Assembly: GCA_041661045.1 (NCBI GenBank)
Contig: JBAZVE010000001.1
Span: 420,001 to 452,000 of the forward strand
DNA from: Candidatus Saccharimonadota bacterium
Lineage (GTDB): Bacteria > Patescibacteriota > Gracilibacteria > UBA1369 > 2-02-FULL-48-14
Direction: 5' to 3'
DNA: 32,000 nucleotides
Numbering within the stretch: the first letter of the stretch is position 1; each line of letters starts with the position of its first letter. The notes beneath the pieces are model-generated. The model was given only the letters and a program-made list of their open reading frames with translations, was not told the origin of the DNA and made no database searches. The position numbers and the translations under genes are program-made. Below are positions 25,617 through 32,000 of this stretch, in pieces.

Positions 25617-25973
25617 TTATCTCCTGGGTACACCTACAAACTCTCGTTTGAGCCCTTCTACTGAGCGCTTGTGAATAGATTGGAGATCTTCAATGCGGAG
25701 CCCAGCTATTAGCCTGCGGATTCCTTGCTCGACAGATTCCACTCCTTCCAGCGTTCCCATTCGTTTATTAAAAATATTTTCAGCCAAGACCCTTTTAAGA
25801 GTTAAATCCAGATCCGTGCGAGCATTGATCTTTTCTTGATCTTGCTTGGGAAGCTTGCTGAGGGCGGCGTTTAAAAGTTCTTGGAGGGCTGCATTGATTG
25901 ATCCATGGGAGTGATCTACGGCCGTGGCGGCTTCCGCTGTGAGCGGGGCAGTGGGCTGCGTGTTGATTGACAT
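25617..25973 (-). CDS. hypothetical protein
   Basis: 118-aa helical-looking ORF 20 nt upstream of ispDF on the same strand. No motif recognised. Confidence 0.5.
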   Translation of the reverse strand: MSINTQPTAPLTAEAATAVDHSHGSINAALQELLNAALSKLPKQDQEKINARTDLDLTLKRVLAENIFNKRMGTLEGVESVEQGIRRLIAGLRIEDLQSIHKRSVEGLKREFVGVPRR

Positions 25974-26068
25974 ACTTGTTTGGTTACGGTTTTGAATTCT
26001 ACTGCTTGGGGGCTTTAAACCGCAAGGGCTATTGCTGAATTCGATTTTTGTTGGTAAATTTCCCTGCG

Positions 26069-26488
26069 ATGGATGAAAATTCTCCCGGCGATGGCGTACA
26101 GTTGAATCAAATGGTTAATTTGGCTGTTTTGACGGGTGCAGAGATAGAGCCAAGCACTCCGGAAGAGGCTGCGCAGCTCCTTCGTATACTGCAGTCTTAC
26201 TGCACTGCGGTGGCAACCGTGGCGGCCGGAGATTTGGCGGACGCAGATGCACGAGTAGCGGCGGCGAAGATGGAGGCTGCTAGGGCTCAAGAGGACAAAA
26301 TGGTGGCCCAACACAAAGCGGCACAAGCACTCGTGGCACTGATAAGGGAAAAACAGACTTTGATCGCTTTGCGTGCTGCGATGGATGAACTTGATGCTGA
26401 GCTTAGTGGGACGCGGAACCTCCTTACGAAATTCCGTGTCTGCTTAGCGTTTGTTGAAAGATTTCGGGTTTTGTTGAATCCTCGCTGA
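26069..26488 (+). CDS. hypothetical coiled-coil protein
   Basis: The Ala/Glu/Gln-rich heptad-like region (AAAKMEAARAQEDKMVAQHKAAQALVALIREKQ) suggests a coiled coil. ATG 26069 is preferred over TTG 26048. It competes with two minus-strand ORFs that look spurious. Confidence 0.45.
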   Translation: MDENSPGDGVQLNQMVNLAVLTGAEIEPSTPEEAAQLLRILQSYCTAVATVAAGDLADADARVAAAKMEAARAQEDKMVAQHKAAQALVALIREKQTLIALRAAMDELDAELSGTRNLLTKFRVCLAFVERFRVLLNPR

Positions 26489-26496
26489 TCCTCTTT

Positions 26497-26862
26497 ATGA
26501 AAAATACTTTTCTTCGTTTCCTTTTTGCTTGCGCTGCCTGGCTGACGGTTGTTTTGATTTTCGTTCTTCTGCCGCTTGGTTTTAATGTGTACGACTCTTA
26601 CCCCGCTTTTTCCGTGAATATTTTCTTCCTTCTTTGTCTCCCTTTTTTTGCGGGTGGCAGTGTGTTCCAAGCAATTTTTCGAGGAAAACTTCGAGCGGTT
26701 GGCTTTTTGTCTTTTTTTATCGTCCCCATCCTCCTCCTTTGGTTTGCCGTTGGGCTGCCGAATGGACTCCATGGATTTGAATTCTTGGTCATAGCTGCGC
26801 TAACCCTCAGCATCGGCTCCTCTACTTTCCTTGGAGCTTATGCGTACCGGCGGTTCGGATGA
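26497..26862 (+). CDS. membrane protein, about 4 TM helices
   Basis: 121 aa, strongly hydrophobic throughout (FLFACAAWLTVVLIFVLLPLGF...). It has a 63-nt convergent overlap with the dxr 3-prime end. Confidence 0.6.
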   Translation: MKNTFLRFLFACAAWLTVVLIFVLLPLGFNVYDSYPAFSVNIFFLLCLPFFAGGSVFQAIFRGKLRAVGFLSFFIVPILLLWFAVGLPNGLHGFEFLVIAALTLSIGSSTFLGAYAYRRFG

Positions 26863-28005
26863 ATGATGGGTGATCTTTTCATGAAACTCCAGTAGCTCCT
26901 CCAGAGTGCTCGGAGGCGTTTCCCAGAGCCAGCGGTCCAGGCCGGCTTCGATGAAATCATAAATCCCAAGGAAGGTCATTTCGCCGCGAAGAAAACGGGC
27001 CACGGCGATGTCGTTGAGGGCATTTAAAATGATGGGGAAGTTGGGGTTGCCCGCGTGAAGCTTCAGCCATTTGAGGGGGCGGAAGGTCTCGCTGTCGGGC
27101 GGGGTGAAATCCATTTGGCTTTTGGGCGCGCGCTGGATGGGCCAGGGGCATTTGGGCTGTTCGGGGTAGTGGAGGGCGTAGGAAATAAACAGCCGCATGT
27201 CGTTTTGTGTGATGTGCATGCGGGTGGCGCCGGTTTTTGTGTGCACCATGCTGTGCACCAAACTTTGGCGATGGACCCTAATGTGGATGTCTTTGAGCGG
27301 AATGTCGAAGAGATTGTGGACCTCGTAGACTTCCAGCACTTTGTTGATGAGAGTGGCGGAATCGATGGAGACTTTTGGGCCCATTTTCCAGGTTGGGTGG
27401 GCGAGGGCCTGGGCGGGTGTGACGAGGGCGAGGTCGGCGGTGGTTTTGCCAAAAAATGGGCCGCCGGAGCAGGTGAGGGTGACGGAGGAAATTGGGTTGT
27501 TTTTTGTGGGTGCGGCTTCAGTGAGGAGTTGCCAAATGGCGGAGGCTTCGCTGTCGAGCGGGCGGATTTCGGCGCCAGTTCTTTGCGCTTCCGCTCGGAG
27601 GAATTTCCCTGCGATGGCGAGGGATTCTTTGTTGGCGGAGAGGAGAATTTTTGGGCTGGTCGGTGTGGAGGCGCGCACGGCGGCGAGCGAAATGGCGAGG
27701 CCGTCGAAGCCGGGCACGGCATTGACGACGAAATCGGCGCGAGCGATGAGGTCGGCGACTTGCTCGGGGGTGGGTGCGAGAAAAGCTCCGCGTGGAAATC
27801 TGTGCGCACGCACAGATTTTGCCTCGATTTGTGGCTTACTTAAGCCATTCTCATTTAAAAACTCACCAGCTTGTTCAGCCAGTAGTTCGGCATTTTTATG
27901 CGCCGTGAGTCCCACTACTTCAAACTCACCTGGGAAGGCACGGAGCACCTCCAAGGTTTGCTTACCGATGGATCCGGTGGAGCCGAAGAGGGCTAGGGTT
28001 TTCAT
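26800..28005 (-). CDS. dxr: 1-deoxy-D-xylulose 5-phosphate reductoisomerase
   Basis: NADPH site LFGSTGSIGKQTL, LSANKESLA, and DSEASAIWQ (compare DSEHNAIFQ in E. coli). 401 aa. Carries the 18-codon repeat insert at residues 53-70. Confidence 0.93.
   Translation of the reverse strand: MKTLALFGSTGSIGKQTLEVLRAFPGEFEVVGLTAHKNAELLAEQAGEFLNENGLSKPQIEAKSVRAHRFPRGAFLAPTPEQVADLIARADFVVNAVPGFDGLAISLAAVRASTPTSPKILLSANKESLAIAGKFLRAEAQRTGAEIRPLDSEASAIWQLLTEAAPTKNNPISSVTLTCSGGPFFGKTTADLALVTPAQALAHPTWKMGPKVSIDSATLINKVLEVYEVHNLFDIPLKDIHIRVHRQSLVHSMVHTKTGATRMHITQNDMRLFISYALHYPEQPKCPWPIQRAPKSQMDFTPPDSETFRPLKWLKLHAGNPNFPIILNALNDIAVARFLRGEMTFLGIYDFIEAGLDRWLWETPPSTLEELLEFHEKITHHSSEPPVRISSKESRGADAEG
27796..27849 (-). 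repeat. 54-nt double-hairpin repeat, copy 3 (in frame within dxr)
   Basis: The sense strand reads AATGGCTTAAGTAAGCCACAAATCGAGGCAAAATCTGTGCGTGCGCACAGATTT. Hairpins are TGGCTTA-AG-TAAGCCA and AAATCTGTGCG-TG-CGCACAGATTT (11-bp stem). It encodes NGLSKPQIEAKSVRAHRF. Confidence 0.85.
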
Positions 28006-28049
28006 AAATTGGCTTGTCTACTTCTTTGAAGCCAATCATAAACCCAAAA

Positions 28050-28078
28050 TTGCCCATCGCAAAAAGCTTATGTAAACT
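28050..28078 (+). promoter_or_regulatory. promoter of the small membrane protein gene (leaderless configuration)
   Basis: TTGCCC (28050-28055), 17 nt, TAAACT (28073-28078), 7 nt, ATG 28086. Confidence 0.4.
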
Positions 28079-28085
28079 TGGTCTT

Positions 28086-28352
28086 ATGAAAAATCGCCCT
28101 TCTCTACTCAGGGTTGTCGCTGGCCTCCTTTTGTTGGGGCTGGCTGCCGTGAGCTCATTTTTCTCGTATGTGGTGTTCACCTTTGCACACTATCTCAGCA
28201 AACTTCCCGAACTGGGGGAGACCAAGCTTTGGGATGAAAGCGCAGCGAGCACCTATGACGCCTCGGGACCGCTATTCTACTCGAGCCTTGGCGTGGTGAG
28301 TGCTTTGCTTGTGATCGTTTTGATCATCTGCACCTGGCGAATTCTTAAGTAG
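28086..28352 (+). CDS. small membrane protein, 2 TM helices
   Basis: 88 aa from ATG 28086: MKNRPSLLRVVAGLLLLGLAAVSSFF... plus the C-terminal helix VVSALLVIVLIICTW. Confidence 0.6.
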   Translation: MKNRPSLLRVVAGLLLLGLAAVSSFFSYVVFTFAHYLSKLPELGETKLWDESAASTYDASGPLFYSSLGVVSALLVIVLIICTWRILK

Positions 28353-28407
28353 TGGCCGCAATGAGCCTTGGGATTTTCTTGATCATTTCAGTGAAAAAAC
28401 ATGCACA

Positions 28408-29505
28408 TTAAATACTATTTTGGACTGTAAAAACAAAATTCCAATCCTCTGGCTTATCAGAATTATTGAAACTCACTTGTGTCAGTTTGCCTTCCGTAAG
28501 CCAGTTTTTTGGTACTTTTTTCAGGCGTCTTGAAAGTTCCTCCAGGCAATTTTGTAGAGGGGGCGGGCTCTGATAGGCTGACCACAGCTCCATGAATTGA
28601 GCTAAAACTGGAATGACCAACTGTGGCAATAGGTCCTCCGACACTGTCTCAGTGTGCTCGTCACGCTCAGAATCAGTAATTGGATCGTTCAATTCAACCC
28701 AATAAACAAAGTTATCCTTCTTCCTCACACCCTCGCGCAATTTACTACGGTCAGCGGGGTCCATTAACACAAGGTCTCTTTCTGTAAGTCGTCCCTGACA
28801 AAATTTTAATGAGTTGAATCCCACGGCTTCTAATGATCGAGCCACTGCAAAGATACTATTGGGATTTAGCGTGTAACCTGCGCTCCTTAATAAGGTGGCC
28901 AGCTCTGCTTTTCCGGTCTTCTTCCCCTTCAAGGAATTCTGAATCACTCGTAGCAGTACATGAAACCTAGCGTCTTGATGTGGGAGTAGATTCCATATTT
29001 CTGGACATGCTCTAATAGCCTGTTGCTCCTCAGAAGAAAGGTCTTTTAAAGAAAGGTGTGGAGGTTCACCCCGTCCTGGTAGCCTCTTATCTCTTTTATC
29101 TATAAGAATTTTATTTGTACGAAGCCTAGCCAAAGCTGCGTTTATCCCCATAGAATCAATTTTTGCATCACTCAAATAAGGGCCATCATTATCTAAAACC
29201 GCTTCCAATGCTTGGAGGTCAAGTCTACGAAGAGGGATCTCTTCCCGTTCTTTATCAACACCTAATCGACTCATACACTCCTGAACTGCCAGCAAATATT
29301 CCTTACGGGCTTGAACGATTTCCGTATGGTTTACTATTGCCTCTAAGTCAGGATATCTCTCGTGGATTTTTGCTAAACCGGTCCCCCTAGCTAAAGCCAC
29401 CCTAACCTTCCTTACCAATTGCGGATCTAAAGGAATTCCCCCTCCCTCAAGAGCTCCATCACACGCTTGCCTCAGCCCATCATATGTGGCACTTATTGTC
29501 CTCAT
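28408..29505 (-). CDS. hypothetical protein (cassette gene B)
   Basis: 365-aa ORF, helical-looking and lower in GC than its neighbours. Its start overlaps the upstream stop as TAATG. No catalytic motif recognised. Confidence 0.65.
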   Translation of the reverse strand: MRTISATYDGLRQACDGALEGGGIPLDPQLVRKVRVALARGTGLAKIHERYPDLEAIVNHTEIVQARKEYLLAVQECMSRLGVDKEREEIPLRRLDLQALEAVLDNDGPYLSDAKIDSMGINAALARLRTNKILIDKRDKRLPGRGEPPHLSLKDLSSEEQQAIRACPEIWNLLPHQDARFHVLLRVIQNSLKGKKTGKAELATLLRSAGYTLNPNSIFAVARSLEAVGFNSLKFCQGRLTERDLVLMDPADRSKLREGVRKKDNFVYWVELNDPITDSERDEHTETVSEDLLPQLVIPVLAQFMELWSAYQSPPPLQNCLEELSRRLKKVPKNWLTEGKLTQVSFNNSDKPEDWNFVFTVQNSI

Positions 29506-30560
29506 TAGCGATTCAAATTAAGGGGCACATCAAATGAGGCGCGAAATCGTAGGTCGGGCCTTGGATACGAAACTTTTTCCGCAGTCGTTTCGAGTAATCT
29601 AGTATCTGTATATGAGTGGGATCTGCTGTAGGTGAGGGGGCCTATTTTAAATTTTTCCGTATATCCTCTCGCTCTCGTTTCGAAAACTTGCTTGGCCTTC
29701 ACAGTAAGAATACCTAACATATCTAAGCAAGGCATGCGTAAGTCCGGGCGGAAATAACCAATAATAGCGGCAAAATGGCTGGGGCTCGTCCACCTTGCAC
29801 CCGTCCTGTCACTACCCCAAGTGTAGCCGAACTCATAAAAGCCTTCTTCATCTAGGAAAGTGGGGTGAAGTTCCGTTTTTTCTTCGGTGTCCGCTCTGTC
29901 ATCCCGAAACTTAATATCAAGTGGTTTCCCCTCACGGAGCCCAAGAGCCGTTAAAGTTGCCCATGTGTGGATGTCTGTACCCCTTATTCCATCTCTTCTC
30001 TTTTTTTCCCAAAAGATCCTAAACCTATCGTCTGAAGTAAGACTAGAATCATCCCATCCTTGAGGTTTTGTGACGGACTGGGCTCCATGGACTAATTCCC
30101 CAAACCAAGTAGGGTTTTGCACTCTCGATGGGGGCGGAGATAACCTAATGTTACGAAAGCGTTCTTCGCCTTGTGGCTGCCTATTATCAGCTAAATAAGA
30201 TCCTATCCATTGATCCTCTGCATCCAAATCTAAATCTTGTTGTGGGCTTGCTTCAGTCCCCATTCTTCTGGGCTGCCCATTCACTAGTCTTGTAACAAGA
30301 TCAAGTCTATCTCTTGGAGAGACCAGCTTGTTTTGATACATAACTTCAGCCCCTCCCTCCCTCAAACTGTCAATCGTCCCTTTCGAAAGAGCCCCCTGCA
30401 TCGTACGAATGATATGATCTATAGTCTCTTTACTCCCAGGCAGGGTTGGCACACCAGGCTCCCCAAAGAGACCGGCATTTGCTTCTCTTGAGGACTCAAA
30501 TCCAGTTTTGACGATATCCTCTACCTGATCCTTATCAGTTGAATTTAATTGTGGTGACAT
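29505..30560 (-). CDS. hypothetical protein (cassette gene A)
   Basis: 351-aa ORF, low in GC, with a polar and probably disordered N-terminal third. No motif recognised. Confidence 0.65.
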   Translation of the reverse strand: MSPQLNSTDKDQVEDIVKTGFESSREANAGLFGEPGVPTLPGSKETIDHIIRTMQGALSKGTIDSLREGGAEVMYQNKLVSPRDRLDLVTRLVNGQPRRMGTEASPQQDLDLDAEDQWIGSYLADNRQPQGEERFRNIRLSPPPSRVQNPTWFGELVHGAQSVTKPQGWDDSSLTSDDRFRIFWEKKRRDGIRGTDIHTWATLTALGLREGKPLDIKFRDDRADTEEKTELHPTFLDEEGFYEFGYTWGSDRTGARWTSPSHFAAIIGYFRPDLRMPCLDMLGILTVKAKQVFETRARGYTEKFKIGPLTYSRSHSYTDTRLLETTAEKVSYPRPDLRFRASFDVPLNLNR

Positions 30561-30570
30561 GGTTAACTAG

Positions 30571-30599
30571 GAATTAAGAATTAAGAGCGAGGAGCGAGG
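30571..30599. repeat. two adjacent tandem heptamer duplications in the cassette 5-prime region
   Basis: GAATTAA-GAATTAA followed by GAGCGAG-GAGCGAG on the plus strand. They lie between ATG 30560 and a TATTAT -10-like box (minus strand, 30609-30604). Confidence 0.6.
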
Positions 30600-30611
30600 G
30601 TCGATAATACG

Positions 30612-31706
30612 CTACTTCGTCTTTTTGTCAATAAGTCTGAGCAACTCCGGCACCAAGTCTGCTTCGGGGACATTGGCTTTGTAGAGTTCGCCTTTGTAGT
30701 AGAGGGCGCCGGCGTGTTTGCCGCCGGCGATGGCAAAGTCGGATTCTTTGGCTTCGCCCACACTGTTTACCACGCAGCCCATCACGGCGATGCGCACGGG
30801 TTTTTTGAGATGGCGCGTGGCTTCTTCCACTTCGTGCACCATTTTTGGGAGATCCACTTCGATGCGGCCGCAAGTGGGGCAGGCGATGATGTCCGGTTCC
30901 TTGCTGTAAAGGCCGATGGATTTGAGAATGCTTTTGCAGACCTCCACTTCTTTCACAATGTCGTCGGTGATGGACGCGCGGATGGTGTCGCCGATGCCTT
31001 GCATGAGCAGCGTTCCGATGCCGAGGGCGTTTTTAACGGTGCCGGGGATTAGGAGGCCGGCATGGGTGACGCCGAGGTGGAGTGGCGGGGCGTCCGGGCG
31101 GTCGGCGGTGGCTTGCGCGAATTTTTGGTAGGCCTCCACCATCACGGGGACGCGTTCACTTTTAATGGACACGGCGAAATTGGTGAAGCCCAGATCTTCC
31201 ACAAACTTAACCCAGCGCAGGGCGGATTCGGCCAGAGCCTCCGCCGTGGGGGCGCCGTGTTTTTCCCACAGGTCTTTTTCAAGGGAGCCGGCGTTCACGC
31301 CGATGCGCATGGCGGCGTTCTTTTTTTGCGCGAGCAGAATGACTTTTTCAAGATAAGAGCGGTCAAAAAAATTCCCGGGATTGATGCGGATTTTGTCCGC
31401 GCCGTAGTCGAGCGCAGCGATGGCGAGGCGCGGGTCGAAATGAATGTCCGCCACGATGGGGAGTTTGGTTTTTGCTTTAATCAGCGGGATGGCTTTGGCC
31501 GCATCAAAACTCGGCATGGCCAAACGAATGAGGTCGCAGCCGATGTCTTCCACGGTTTTTATTTCGGCCACGGTGGCCTCGATGTCCTCCGTCTTTCCCA
31601 TGCACATGGTTTGAATCGCCACGGGGTGCTCACTGCCAATTTTAACTTGGCGCGCGGGATCCACACCGATGGTGCAGGTTCGAGTTTTGCGTCGGGGAAT
31701 GGTCAT
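30612..31706 (-). CDS. ispG: 4-hydroxy-3-methylbut-2-en-1-yl diphosphate synthase
   Basis: GcpE family. N-terminal TIM-barrel part (VKIGSEHPVAIQTM). C-terminal Fe-S ligand context is CPTCGR and GCVVNSVGE. 364 aa. Confidence 0.93.
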   Translation of the reverse strand: MTIPRRKTRTCTIGVDPARQVKIGSEHPVAIQTMCMGKTEDIEATVAEIKTVEDIGCDLIRLAMPSFDAAKAIPLIKAKTKLPIVADIHFDPRLAIAALDYGADKIRINPGNFFDRSYLEKVILLAQKKNAAMRIGVNAGSLEKDLWEKHGAPTAEALAESALRWVKFVEDLGFTNFAVSIKSERVPVMVEAYQKFAQATADRPDAPPLHLGVTHAGLLIPGTVKNALGIGTLLMQGIGDTIRASITDDIVKEVEVCKSILKSIGLYSKEPDIIACPTCGRIEVDLPKMVHEVEEATRHLKKPVRIAVMGCVVNSVGEAKESDFAIAGGKHAGALYYKGELYKANVPEADLVPELLRLIDKKTK

Positions 31707-31712
31707 AATAGG

Positions 31713-31740
31713 ATTAAAGCACAGAAAGGGATAAAGACAA
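31713..31740 (-). promoter_or_regulatory. promoter of ispG (leaderless configuration)
   Basis: On the minus strand: TTGTCT (31740-31735), 16 nt, TTTAAT (31718-31713), 6 nt, ATG 31706. Confidence 0.35.
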
Positions 31741-31815
31741 GCCTCTTCACCTGAATCTGGTTTTCCAAGAGGTTTAAGTTTTGTTAGATTAAAGCCACTT
31801 TATCCACACCAACAT

Positions 31816-32000
31816 ATGAAAAAGTACATTATTTTTGCTCTTGCCGTTTTGGTTTTGGGCGGCCTTGCTTATGGATTTACTTCCGGCGCGCTCCTCCAGG
31901 GCCGATTTGGGCCCTCAGGTGAACCTGGCATCTCTGCCGTTGAGCTGGAAACATGTGCTGTCTACAGCGTTATGGGAACAACGCTAACCACGAGCGCAAA
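31816..32000 (+). CDS. exported or membrane-anchored protein, 5-prime partial (runs off the window)
   Basis: ATG 31816 opens MKKYIIFALAVLVLGGLAYGFTSG... with no stop codon before the window end. Confidence 0.5.
   Translation, partial: MKKYIIFALAVLVLGGLAYGFTSGALLQGRFGPSGEPGISAVELETCAVYSVMGTTLTTSA

Noticed and set aside
26015-26772. Minus-strand ORFs of 103 aa and 161 aa (Lys/Arg/Asn-rich)
   Set aside because: They overlap the plus-strand coiled-coil and multi-TM ORFs. The 161-aa product is essentially a low-complexity basic string, the antisense of a Phe/Leu-rich membrane gene.
28009-28035. Hairpin TTGGCTT-13 nt-AAGCCAA just upstream of the dxr ATG, superficially like hairpin 1 of the repeat
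   Set aside because: The best dxr promoter candidate (TTGCGA-16-TATGAT, minus strand 28062-28035) would start transcription inside the loop, so the stem would not be transcribed intact. Similarity to the repeat is limited to a 6-nt core.
27055-28075. Three long ORFs (262, 248 and 244 aa) overlapping dxr on both strands
   Set aside because: dxr motifs fix the true frame. The alternatives are Gly/Pro/Ser/Ala-rich translations typical of off-frame GC-rich sequence. They were useful only because their translations exposed the repeat (CARTDFASICGLLKPF-type strings).
1-32000. CRISPR arrays, IS elements, integrases, prophage genes
   Set aside because: There are no regularly spaced direct repeats of 25-40 nt, no transposase or integrase motifs in any ORF, and no terminal inverted repeats beyond the 54-nt element family reported above.

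Overview
Gene-dense 32-kb bacterial window using the standard genetic code (TGA, TAA and TAG all close conserved genes). I call about 37 CDS and see no rRNA, tRNA, CRISPR array, transposase or integrase. The backbone is housekeeping: ybeY, a long-form guaA, lysS, dnaB, yraN, comM/yifB, carB, a divergent proC-like gene, alaX and recR. Four MEP-isoprenoid genes (ispE, ispDF fusion, dxr, ispG) lie on one strand within about 8 kb. A DUF4012 envelope protein, an HNH endonuclease, small membrane proteins and lipoproteins give a CPR/Patescibacteria-like flavour, but that is inference only. Accessory content is a relBE-like pair, a vapBC pair, a vapC gene fragment, an orphan AbiEi-like gene and several unassignable ORFs. 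Main second-look items follow. (1) A 54-nt double-hairpin repeat occurs three times, twice in frame inside unrelated genes (the HNH gene and the essential dxr), with a compensatory base-pair change in one stem; this is RPE-like behaviour. (2) A low-GC, translationally coupled two-gene cassette of unknown function sits between ispG and dxr. (3) A -10 hexamer lies 6-7 nt upstream of the ATG at eight genes, suggesting leaderless mRNAs. (4) A 346-bp divergent intergenic region has a strong promoter and two tandem intrinsic terminators, a candidate sRNA or leader. (5) An untracked 53-aa membrane ORF is coupled between ispDF and ispE. All functional calls come from motif recognition by eye; no database search was possible.
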